From Eledone cirrhosa (lineage: Eukaryota), in contig OZ024742.1 in NCBI GenBank assembly GCA_964016885.1, positions 69,626,001 to 69,690,000 of the forward strand: DNA of 64,000 nucleotides, given 5' to 3'. Positions 12,861 to 25,146 of the stretch are shown here, piece after piece (position 1 is the first letter of the stretch; every line of letters begins with the position of its first letter). Under the pieces are notes generated by a model. The model saw nothing but the letters and a program-made list of their open reading frames with translations. It ran no database searches and had not been told where the DNA came from. Position numbers and translations under genes: made by a program.

Positions 12861-13000
12861 AATAATAATTGTTTCTACATTAGGCACAGGCCAGCAATTA
12901 GCCTGTACATTACTGGTACTTTATTTTATCGACCCGGTAAGGATGAAAGGCAAAGTTAACCTCGGCGGGATTTGAACTCAGACTGTAAAGGGACGTAACT
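12861..13000 (-). mobile_element. 5'-truncated SINE between Tx1 copies Y and Z
   Basis: B-box GAGTTCAAATCC on the minus strand plus the family body. Copy Z starts immediately after its (ATT) tail. Confidence 0.85.
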
Positions 13001-14559
13001 ATAATGATTTCTTTATTGGCCACAAGGGCTGACATCAAGAAAAAACATTACAGACTGCACAGAACGGTACAGGACGGTATGATGTGGGTTTTGTGCGTGT
13101 AAAGGTTTTTATTATTTATATAAGAAACGAAAAAGAAAAAAGACATAGAAACATATATATATAAATAATAAAAATGAAAATTCAAACAATGAAAAATTCC
13201 CTAATGGGGGGGGGGGGACATCCGAGGGTTACTCGTGGCGAAAACCTCACAAAAGACCACGGCTACCCTGACCACCAGGGCAAGCGCCCTCTCTCAATTT
13301 TTTCCCATTCTTCAAACTACACTCACCTTTCAACAAACTTGCTAGAAGGCAGTACTTGCCTCTCCACCCTGATTTTCCTCTTCAAGTGAAACTTGAAAAA
13401 GTTAATCCATCACACATTCTCTTTCGCCATGGCCACCAGGCATATGAAAACCGCCTGCCATTCCTCCTCGAAGGAAGACGGTGAGACCATCTGCACAATG
13501 GACTCAGTCGATAACCGGATCAGTCCTACACGCAACAGCAACTGTTCGACATAGCTCCACAAGCAGGAGGGCACCAAGACTATCTCCTCGCTCTTTAGGG
13601 GTTCCAAAGAGTGAGACTTCGCCTCTTGGGGGGGGGGGCGAAAAGTCTGTCTACTGTGGCGTACTTTTTGCCTCGGGTGACGTGGGATTTGTGCGCCCAG
13701 ACGCACCCCAAGGCCTTTTGGATTTGAGCCTCCGTGGTTCTCTCCACCCGATGTGACATTTTTCTTACGGTGCGGTAAGTCACCGTGCGCAGCTGCTGGT
13801 CTTTGAAGAAATCGGGTGGAGGTTTCAGGGAAACTCTATTGTCGTTTCTCGACACCATGGCTCTTGCGACTGCCATCCCTCCTCCGTGACTAGCGCTCTC
13901 TCTATATTTCGGGCCACACCTACGGAAGAAGTGGCCCCTTATACAGGTCTTGTTGTTCGTGCTGTTGCTGTTGTACTGCTACAAACGGTGTTGTTGCTGT
14001 TGTTGCTGTTATCACTGTTGTAGTTGGTTGTGTTTTTGGTGCCACCGTTGTTGTTGTTTTTGGTGCAATTTGTATTGTTGCTGTTGGTATTGTCGTTGTT
14101 TATTTTCTTGTTAGTGGTGTTAATATCGTTGTTGCATTTGTTGTCATTTTTTTCTGTTGTCTGTATTTTGGTTGACGCTGTTATTGTTGTAGTTGGTGTG
14201 GCAATTTTTTCAAAATTAGTGTTCTCAGTGTTGCTGTCTTTCTTCGCGTTGTTTGTGGTGGTGTCTGTTGTATCAATTTCTGTAACACCCTCTCAACTTT
14301 TACGCCGTTAACACATGACAGCAGACATATTGCTGGGTGGCGTGGCTCAGCCATGTTTTTTTAAAAATAATTTTACTTTTTTTTAAGAAAAATGTTAAAA
14401 TGTTTCGGCCAAAAGGCCCAAATATTATACTTTCCCCTTCACAGGGCAAAGTCTAAGGGCTTATATCCATTACAGAACAAGAAATATTTAACCACAAATA
14501 ATTATAACAGGTAAATAAAGCGATTTACTGGAAGCGAGCAAAAAGCGTCCGAATAGACC

Positions 14560-14562
<3 letters not shown>
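13001..14562 (-). mobile_element. Tx1-family copy Y: internally deleted, ORF1 N-half fused to the ORF2 C-terminus
   Basis: ATG at 14354. ORF 13410..13706 reads ORF1 EEIVLVPSC straight into ORF2 LWSYVEQLL..QAVFICLVAMAKE. The 3' end is AATAAAGAAATC(ATT). Confidence 0.85.

Positions 14563-14634
<72 letters not shown>
14563..14634. repeat. (AAT)n spacer; equivalent spacers at 20272-20330, 25065-25145, 26334-26398, 26636-26674, 31316-31347, 37318-37337, 37963-37971
   Basis: An (AAT)n tract is present at every element junction between 14.5 and 38 kb. Confidence 0.95.
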
Positions 14635-14635
<1 letters not shown>

Positions 14636-17600
14636 TTTTCTTTATTAACCACAACGGTTTACATAAAGTAGACATTAAGGACAGTACAGGACAATACAGG
14701 ACGGTACAAATGGGCATTTCTGCGTGTAAAAAAAAACAGAGGATGTAATAAAATAACAAAGAAAAATTCCCCAATAGGGGGGAGACTTCCGAGGGACATT
14801 CGTGGAGAAAGCCCATTAAAAGTCCACAGTGACCCTGACCGCCAGGGCAAGTGCCCTCTCCCAGTTTTCCACCTTTAATTTACAGACACATACTCAGAGA
14901 AGGCCCATTCATTCGGGCCATACATGCCTCTCTCACCCATCTTTCAACAAAATGCTGGGAAGAGAGCACTTCCCTCTCTACCCTCATTTTCCTTTTCAAA
15001 TGAAATTTGAAAAAGTTAATCAGGGCATCACCGAAGAGGTAAGTGCTCGTCTTCAGCCCTTTCAAACGTGTGCACCATACTATCTCTTTCGCCATGGCCA
15101 CCAGACAGATAAAAACTGCCTGCCCTTCCCGGCTAAAGGCGGGGCAATCCTCACGATGGACTCAGCTGATAGCTGGATCCGTCCTACACGTGACAGCAGG
15201 TGTTCGACATAAACCCACAAGTCAGCAATGCTCGGACACTGGGCGAGTGCGTGCAGGACGGTTTCGTCGCCCTGTGCGCATCTCGGACATGCCCGGCTGA
15301 CGGCACCTCAGTGCCTGTAGAGTTTATCCCGAACTGGCAAAGCTCCCCGCTAGCACTGCCAGGCCAGGGATTTCTGGAAGTTGTCCATAGGCCCCGGCCC
15401 GAAAATCCTTCCGAAGAGATTGGCTAGTTGATTTTCGTCGACGCCTAGAGTTTCTCCAAGTACGTCGTGCGCTCTTCCCCTCCACTAATCCCCTATAGAA
15501 CGCCAAGGTGGAGTTTCCACCGATCACGTTGCCCGATTGGTCGAGGGCTGTGAGCGCCTGAAGACATTCCAGTCTCCAAGCGTTCCCTCTCGGTCTTCGC
15601 TTGACCCAGGACTGCAGCTCCGTCAAGGAGACGAACTGGGGAAAAACGTATCTAGCAAACGGCGACAACACCTGCTCATCGTCGAGGAAGAGGTGGAGAT
15701 GTCGTAGCCTGAGCGCGTGTCTGCGCATCATCAGCCACGGCATGCCCAGCCCTCCACGTAGCGGGTGTTGACAGCAGATGGACCGCCTGACCATCGGAGC
15801 GCGTCCCTTCCACAAGAAGCGAAAGAGCAAACGCTCCAGCGCAGTCAGGCGAGGCTTAGGACAAGGTACGACGGTCAGGCGGTAGTAGATGACGGACTCG
15901 ATGTACGCGTTAGCCACCCCCGCTCGACTTTTCAGGGATATCTTCCTCTCGGCCTGTTTCTGGGTGAGAGAAGCCACCCTGCTCGTCACCTTGTCGCAGT
16001 TTTTGTCCGTCTGGAGGTCTGGACCGAACCAGACCCCTAGCAATTTAACCGGTCCGTCCGTCCAGCGCCCGACGACGCTGTTGGACGGCATGGACCTGCC
16101 TCTCCAGGTGCCGAGCTGCAGGCCCACTGACTTTTCCTGGTTGATCATTGCCCCTGTCACCGCTTCGTATTCTCTTAGTGTTGTGCCGATCGCCTCGATG
16201 TGTTTGGCGTTCGACACCACTACGGTGACATCGTCCGCATATGCTGACACGGATCTTCCGCATCCTAGTTCGCGCAGGACCCCCCTCAACGTCTCCAGTT
16301 TGTGCAGTAATGGCTCGAGAGTCAATACGTACAATAGGGACGAGAGGGGACATCGTTGGCGGACCGAGCGCATGATGTTGAACGGTTCCGAAAGGTGACC
16401 GTTCACTCTCACTACAGAGCAGATGTCGCTGTGCATGGCAACGATCCAGCCTCTGAAGACGGGCCCGAAGCCAGCCGCCCTCAGGACTGCCGCTAGGTAA
16501 CGATGGTCGACCCTATAGAAGGCTTTTGACTGATCTAAATTGATCAAAGACCCTCCGGTGCCAGGTTCCCTAGCTACCCTCTCTACGATGTATCGCATGA
16601 GGTGGAGGTTGTCGTGGATGGATCTGTCGGGAATGGCGCATGTCTGCGCCTCTCCCACAAGATCACCAACGACAAGCGCCAACCTCTTTGCTAGCACCTT
16701 GGCCAAAATCTTGAACTCTGTGTTTAGCAGAGTTATGGGCCGGAAATTATCTGTTATCCCCCTTGTTCGGATCCTTTCTCAGCAGTGCCACCGCTCCTCG
16801 GCTCACAGAGCTGGGAATTTTCCCGTTCTGTTGCCAGTTGCAGTAGACGTCCGCCAAAAGGCCTCCGAACAAATCTGGCATTTGTACGTAAAGTTCATAG
16901 GGCAGACCATCCAAACCAGGCGATTTACCCCTTGTGCAGCCAGTCATTGCCTCCAATGACAACGTAGCTCTGACAACGCAGCCTTCGTGCTTTGCATTGA
17001 AGAATTGGTCAAGGGCCAATTTCGCCGCAAGTACGTCGGTCGCGATGCCTTTGCTAAGCGCCTCGTCTAATTTTCTAACTAATTCTCCCTCTGCTCTATT
17101 TTTCTCTATTGCTAAAGCCTTACTAAACCTAATGGACTCTATTCTAATTGCTCTTTTCAGAGCAAACCACCACTTGTTGTTGACGATGGCCCCCGTCAAC
17201 ACCCGCATAACTAGTTCGCTAATCCGGTCTCTGTCGGCCTTGCGCGCTGGTAAGGACGCGTTTAGCTTCCAGTAGCCGGGTCCTCGTCTATGAAGCCTAT
17301 GTAAGTCAAGCACACAGATCACGAATTTGTGGTCCGTGTAGCTGACTATATTGAATTGTGGACAGCCTATGCTAGACCTATCTATTTCCCTACAAAATAC
17401 TCTATCTAGATATGATCTGGATGACCCAATGCGATTTGTCCAAGTCCACATTGGTACATTCGGGAAATCCATTCGGTACCTGTCAGACAGTTCAAAACGC
17501 CTGAGCAGGTTGGTGAGACTCTTGCACCCTCCTTCCGTATCCACTAATCCCACACAATCCCAGCGTGCATCTAAGATCCCGTTCCAGTCGCCCACTAACA

Positions 17601-20271
17601 CTAAAGAGCGGGACGTTCCAAGAAAGATCTCCAGACGCCGGAAGAAATCAGGCCGCCCAGCTCCTGTCGGGGCATAGACGGCCACTAACCTGAAAGCTTG
17701 CCCGTCTCCGCTGGTCACGTCCAGCACCACCAACTTACCTTCTGGGTCCAGGAAGATGGCCCGTATGGCAAGATCCAAACCTCTCCGAAAAAGCTCAGCA
17801 ACTCCTCCCCCGATCCCGGACGGCTGGGAGATGCGTGCAGATCGTAGCCGCCGAAGATCGGTGCGAAGGCCCGTGCTTCGGAGATTCTGGTCTCGCTGAT
17901 GGCCACTACATCTATGTTTAGTTACCTGAGGTCGTTGAGCAGGTGGCCCTGCTTCCATGACGACCCCAAGCCACGCGCATTATGCTGCCTATTCTGAGTC
18001 AGGTCATGTTGAAATGGAGTGGAAAAGATGGGAAAGACCACTTACCTTACTTCTCGTAGAGGAAGGATGGTTTGTCCATTCTTTTCACTGCTTGTGGCCT
18101 CCTCCGGAAGGATGTCCTTATAAATCCTCCTGGAGAGTGCTTGTCGGAAGTGTCCGATGTCTTTGGGGAATTTTTGTTTTAGTGTCGTGTACGTTTTCTG
18201 TATGATGCGAGTGATTTGTATGTGTGGAGGTGGTGTGAATTTTGGGGTTGTTGTGTAGTCTTTTTCTGTGTTGCTGGTGTTGTGTTGGATGTAGTGTAAT
18301 AATTGCTTGTTGTTCAAATTTAATTGTTTCTACTTTAGGCACAAGGCCAGCAATTACCCAGTGCATTACTGGTACTTTATTTTATCGACCCCGAAATTTA
18401 ATGCTGTGTAGTGTGTATCGTTTTGGTTGTTTTGTTTTGTTTGCGTTTGTTGTGGGTTTGTTTCCGTTTCGCATTTTGGTGACTTTTGTGGTGTAGGTGA
18501 TGGTGGTGTTGGGGTTAATGATGGTGATGGTGTTGGTGTTTGGGTTGATGGGGTTCGTGATGCTGGTGTGGATGGTGGCATATCTGTCCTAACTTTTTTG
18601 TTCGATAGTTTATTTGTTTCCCTCTGTATTTTGTTTTGAGAGCGGGAGGGAAGAGAATTTTTTCTTTTTTGATTTCTTTTTTTCTCTTTTTCTTTTTTCC
18701 TGATACCGTTTCCCACTCCTCGTCGTCACAATCTGTCTCCAGCTGTGATGGCCGGGGAGTGCAAACCCCTCCACAGGCGTTGGTTTTGGTTGTGGCGTGG
18801 TGGATGGTGTAGGCGCTGGTGCTAGTTCTGGCGCGTTGGGTGGTGGTGGTGTTGGTTTTGCTACTGTTGCTGGGGTTGTTTCTGTTACAGTTGCTTCTGT
18901 TGTTGCTGCCATCTCTGCTGCTGGTGGTGTTGATGGTTGATTCACTGGGGTGGATAAGAGAGGTGGCTTCAACCTTTTAGCCTGAGGGCAGAAAGCCCTT
19001 AGGTGGGTTCCTTCACCACAAACGACAGACCTAGGCCTTCTGCCCTCGACGATTACGGTGAGGTGGCTGCCGTCAGTGAGGTCTATTACCTCTGGGATCT
19101 CCTCAATGCCTTTTTGGTCCGCTTGGATCAAGAGCTCCATCCCAGATCCGGACCAGTTCTCCTGCTTTTCTTTCGCTATTTCGATTATCTTGGTGTTGGC
19201 TTCAAATGCCGGCGAGTACGGCAGCTATTAGCCAGGGAATTTCGATGGCCGGTGGAACGTGGGTCACCCTGATCTTCACGAGTCTCTGGCCACAATAGCT
19301 TGGGACGAGTGTGAAGTCGTCACTTCTTAATGGGGCCATGGAGTGTTCTCTGGCCTTCTGTGGTGTTTCAAAGAACACGTCCACGGTTCCATATTTCTGC
19401 CCACGTTTGATGTGGGGTTTTTTTGCCCACACATGTCCCAAAGCTTTTTCGATTTGGGACTCGGATGCCCGTTCCACTCGGCGCGATTTTATGTTAATCG
19501 TCCGATAAGACACGGTGCATAGGCGCCGATGCTCCATTTATTAGGTGGGGGTGGGGTGATGTTGACCCTGTACCCATCTTTCTTTACCATTTTTTTGGCT
19601 TCTTCTAATTCCTCCTGATTTTCCTGGAATGCTTCGCACTGTTTTGCTACTCTGGCAAAACTCAGGGTGGTTTTCTTAATTTCATTGTTGCTGTTGTTGT
19701 TATCGTTATTTTTGTTATTGTTAATTTTAGTTTCAGTTGTGGTGGTGGTGGCGTCAGTGGTGTTCGGTGTGGAAGAGTTCAATTTGGTTGAATTCATTTC
19801 GATATCACGAGTTAAATTATGTTTTTCTTTTGTTTCTGTTGTTGCTGTGGTGGTGGTGGGGTGGCGGCTTTAACACCTGCGGTCATTGTTAATGGCGGGA
19901 AATGAATGTCTGCGTGAGACAAATTTAAAATATTGGTACTGCTTATATTTTTAGTGTTGGCAAACGTAGTATATTTACAATGGTTGTGTCGGTGTGAGGT
20001 GTTAGTTTGTGAGGAAGGCTCTCAGCTACTGGGTTCAGCTGTGGTTCGGCCATGATTTTTCATAGAAATTTTTTGCTTGTTTGATAATTATAAAAAGTTT
20101 AAATTTGGGGCTCAAGGCCCCAATCTTTTTGAGTGTCCTTTTCAGAAATCAATGCATGTGCACTTATATACAGTTAACAATAACAATTTTCCATAAATGG
20201 CAATTTTAAACAACGGAAAATAACAAACCTTTGCGGAGGTCACAATAATACGATTTACTACGTAGGTCGCC
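14635..20271 (-). mobile_element. Tx1/L1-clade non-LTR retrotransposon copy A, full length, disrupted
   Basis: ORF1 remnant (ATG 20053 to about 18042) and ORF2 remnant (ATG 18007 to stop 14880). APE motifs: ISETR, VYAP, GDWN, YLDR, YTDH. RT motifs: KSPGLDGLPYE, RPITLLN, DQSKAF, AYADDVT. ~300-nt deletion near 16965. AATAAA and (ATT)n tail. Confidence 0.93.
18325..18393 (-). mobile_element. SINE 3' fragment inserted in Tx1 copy A ORF1, 9-bp TSD
   Basis: AAATTTAAT at 18316-18324 and 18394-18402 flanks SINE tail sequence. Confidence 0.85.
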
Positions 20272-20277
20272 AATAAA

Positions 20278-20316
<39 letters not shown>

Positions 20317-20330
20317 TATTAAGAATAATT

Positions 20331-23300
20331 AAGAATTTTTAACATATTTAAATCATTTGTGAAATAACAACTCTTAGTACAAATGCTACGGAAAGCATCC
20401 GGCTTGAACCCCCAAAAAATTCGGACCCAAAATATATTGTTATAAGGCTCAAATATTCAAATATTCAACTTTGTATTGGACATTGTATATTCAAAAAAGA
20501 AAATGGCTATAAATGGAAGAAGAACCCCCCCTCCTCTATCTACACTATATAGAACAGCCAAACAACACCAATCTCACCAACACCAGAAACTAGATACACC
20601 ACCTACCCCATCACCTCTCTGTGTACACTAAACACAACAGCCAGATAACGGCAATTTCACCACCACCACAACCAATCTCAACATAATAATGATAATAATA
20701 AATACTATTATTGTCCCAAGTTTTAACAAAATGTTTAATTCCAACATTAAGGGAATTTATGTCAACACATATACGCGACTAACCCCATAGATTCACCGAA
20801 CGGACATCAGTAACGACAACGCCGCCCATCCATCATTACTACCACTATCCCATCACCGCCGGCACCACTCCTTCATTGCTACCACCGCTACAACACCATC
20901 ACTACAGTAATACGACCACATCACCACCACCACTGCCATCATTACTACCACTATCCCATCACCGCCGCCACCACTCCTTCATTACTACCACCGCTACAAC
21001 ACCATCACTACAGTAATACGATCACATCACCACCACCACTGCCTCAGTATCGACATCACCACCACCACTGTCTCAGTATCGCTACCGCCGCTATTCTCTC
21101 CCATTGCTTACTGTTAGTTGCTGCCAATACATTATAGAATTCCTACTAAAAAAAGAGGAAGGCATCAAAATATATAGATAGACTCAAAAGAAAAAAGAAA
21201 AAACAAACATCAAAACCAAAGCAGCACAGCAACAACAGCAAAAAAAGAGAAAAACAAACAGAGAAAAACAAAAAAAAAAAAAACGTAAAGAAAATAAGAA
21301 TGAAGAGAGAAACAAGCGGACGGACAGAGAAGAGAAGGGAAAAACTAAGTCAGACATTCGAACACTACATTACAATGAAACTTATGCTTATTCATTTTTG
21401 GGGTTTTTTCTGCCTGTGTGTTTGTTTGTTTATTTGTGTTCGTCTACAGCGTGGTGATAATGCCACACAAGAGCCAAGTGGAGCGGCGCAACCACCTGAG
21501 ACGGTGAATCCACAGATGGTTATGTAACCATACATTCGCCAATCCTCGATAAGAGTGTTTAAATATCGAACCTAAACAGTTCGAATAACGGTGAAATGGA
21601 GACTAGAACGTCATGTGACAGACTCTCACCCAACAGGTGCTCCCTGGCTCAGCAGCAGGAACCTGGCTGTCATCCAGATACTGCTGGTGTCGGAGTAAGA
21701 AGAAGAAGGAAAGGGACCAGAATCAACTGGACGAAAGAATTGAATAGAACTGTTATGCAATGTTACCTGAAAAGTAACCCCAAGGAGAGGGGCTATAGGA
21801 GACGGATGCATAACATCTGGAACGAGATTGGTCTATTTAAATTAGATGAACAAAAATTGGCCGGGCAGGCTCGGGTAATAAGAACTAATGGGTGGATAAG
21901 CGAGCTGGAACTGGAGGAACTGAGCAGAGAGATTAGCTTGGAGATGGAGGGTGGAGTATGCCAGGCAAACGAGCCAGTGGGAAATGAAGGTGAAGAGGTC
22001 GAGAGAACGGAGGAACCACCCGAAGCAGACAATGATTTGAATACTGAGATAAATAATACCTGGAACAAAGATACGGCCACTAGGAGATGAATACTGACGG
22101 GCTAGGACAAGATTCGATTGACATCCTAAATTTAGTGGTAGATGAATTGAACAATGATAGTGGGAGACCTATGAACCTAAGATTTGTAGACAGGAAAAAG
22201 TTAAAAGAAACAACAGCTAAGGTAAACAAAGTCATCCCATACCTTGAGGCGAGGAGCCTTCACCAGTGCAACAATATCCTCAAAGCAACAGCAAATACGG
22301 TGAGGAAACTACTTGGTATAAAAGCGAGAGGAAACAACAGACAAGAAAGAGCAGAGCCGTGGTGGAAGAAACGACAGATGTGGTCAAATCAGGGAAATGA
22401 GAAATGACATTGGAAAGCTTGAGTCACTACTTAATGGGACACTAAAAAACATAGGCACTAAAAATAGACTGGAAATAAAGTACAAAACTAGGAGGAAAAA
22501 GCTAAATATTATCATAGAGGAACTGAAGCAACGCATTGTAGCAAAGAGTGCAAAAATCAGGTGATACGAGAACAGAGTCAGTCAGTATAAACAGAATCGC
22601 ATGTTCGACAACAACCAGAAGATGCTGTTTGGACAGCTTGAGGGGAAAGAAAGAGGCAACGACTTGATCCCTGAGGCGGAACAAACTAAAACATTCTGGA
22701 GAGGAATATGGGAGCAGGATGTAAGACATAATGACCAGGCAGGGTGGATTGAAACAGTACAGAGGGAGATCGGTGAGCAGGCACACCAACAAACTGATTT
22801 GAGTATCACAGTTGAAACTCTTAAGGGGCAGGCCAAAAAACTAACCAACTGGAAATCACCAGGCCCAGATGGTGTGCAGGGGTATTGGATTAAAAATATA
22901 ACATCCCTCCACCCGAAACTGACAACCATGTTCAATGACTGCTTGATGTCAGGTGAGGTACCAGAGTGGTTGACAAAAGGTACCACAGTTCTGATAATGA
23001 AAGACCGAATCAAGGGTAATGATGTTACCAACTATAGACCTATCACATGTCTGTCCGCAATGTGGAAACTGTTGACGAGCATTGTGTCTGAGGAAATCTA
23101 CCATCACCTCCACACAAACAACTTGTTACCGGACGAACAGAAAGGATGCCGAAAGAAGTCACGTGGTACAAAGGACCAGTTACTTATTGATAAGATGGTA
23201 ATGGGGAATTGCAGGAGGAGACACACTGATCTTGCCATGGGATGGATAGACTACAGAAAGGCATTTGACATGGTGCCTCATTCTTGGATCACCAAAAGCC

Positions 23301-25064
23301 TGGAGATCTTCAAGGTGGCAGATAACATCAGACAGTTGCTGGGCAAGAGTATGAGGTCCTGGGAAACAGAGTTGACATCAACTGGAGAATCCTTGGGAAG
23401 CGTGAAGATCAAGAGAGGTATCTTCCAGGGAGATAGCCTGTCCCCTCTGTTGTTTGTCCTTGCCCTGATGCCCCTGACCAGTGTACTGCGAAAAGTGAGA
23501 GCAGGATACGGGTTGGGAAAGGGAGGGCTTACCATCAATCACCTCCTCTTAATGGACGATCTTAAGCTCTTCGGGAAGAGTGAGAAGGAGTTGGATGTGC
23601 TTGTTGACACTGTCCGTATTTTCAGCAGTGATATATGTATGCAGTTTGGTATTAGTAAATGTGGAGTCATTGTGATGAGGAGGGTAGGTTGAGCAGAAGT
23701 AACGGAATCCAGATACCATCAGGTGAGATGATAAAGGAAATTGACTCTGAGGAAGGATACAAGTATTTGGGCGTTCTGGAGGCTGATGGCATAAAGAACA
23801 AAAAAATGAAGGAATTGTTAAGAACTGAATACATTCGGAGAGTAAGGAGCGTATTGAAGTCACATCTGAACAGCAGAAATGCCATAAGCGCAGTAAATTC
23901 CCGAGCTGTGTCTATTATTAGGTACAGTGCGGGAATTCTGAGATGGAATGTTGCTGAACAAAAAGAAATGGATAGGAAGACTAGGAAGCTATTGACTATC
24001 TACAACATGTTCCACAAGAGGAGTGATGTCGATAGACTCTACCTAAGGAGATCTGAGGGTGGAAGAGGTCTTATCAGCATAGAGGACTGTGTTCAGATGG
24101 AGAAAAACAACCTACACAAATACGTGACTGATAGTAAGGAGCCAATGTTCAGAACTGTACTGAAGGAGAGGACAATAGACCAGGGGATGTCCAAGGAGGA
24201 AATAACATCAAGGAGAAAGAGCAGCTTTCAGGAAAAAATCCCTTCATAGTACCTTCTTTGAGAAAACTGAATTTAGAGATCCACAGACATGGAACTTGTT
24301 GAGAAGAAAAGACCTTAAAAAGGCTACAGAAGGAATGTTAATGGCTGCGCAGGAGCAGGCCCTCAAAACGAAGTGGTTGAAACACCATATTTACAATGAA
24401 GAGGCTAGCCCACTGTGCAGGATCTGTGGAGAGAGAGAGGAGACTGTGGCTCACATTGTATCCGAGTGTAAACACCTAGCCCAGACTCACTATAAAGGCT
24501 GGAGACATTATGTGATGGGCAGGGTGATCCACTGGCACCTGTGCAAAGTAAACAATTTACCACATTCTGAGAAATGGTATGAGCATAAGCCAGAGGCGGT
24601 GATGGAGAACGATCAGGTGAAGGTGCTGTGGGATTTTAGGATACAGACGGACAAGAAACTGGAACACAATAGACCTGACCTGGTGGCTGTGGACAAAGAA
24701 GAAAGATCGTGTATGATTGTGGATGTGGCCTGCCCATTCGACACGAGAGTGCAAGAGAAGGAGAGGGAGAAATTAACCGATACCAGGACTTAAAGTGGGA
24801 GGTAAAAAGGATTTGGAACTGCCATGAAGTCAAAGTGGTCCCGATTGTCATAGGCGTACTAGGTACTATCTCAAAAAGTTTCCAGGGATGGTTAAAGAAG
24901 ATTAGTCCAGCCCCGGTTTTTGGAACACTTCAAAGGGCATGCTTGCTGGGAACAGCAAGAACCCTCCGATACGTCCTGAATATCTGAGGCTGCAGGTAGT
25001 GGCTTGATATTCATTTCAACAAACTTTCCAGTTAACCAACATCAATGACTGAGACTCAAAGAAC
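20331..25064 (+). mobile_element. R4/Dong-like RLE non-LTR retrotransposon copy 1 with ~1.1 kb Tx1-like leader; ORF 21596-24987 broken by several frameshifts and a stop
   Basis: N-terminal GYRRRM; RT (WKSPGPDG, NYRPITCL, IDYRKAFD, GIFQGDSLSPLLF, LMDDLKL); CCHC (CRICGEREETVAHIVSEC); RLE (RPDLVAVD..IVDVACP); (AAT)n tail. Confidence 0.92.
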
Positions 25065-25069
25065 AATAA

Positions 25070-25146
<77 letters not shown>

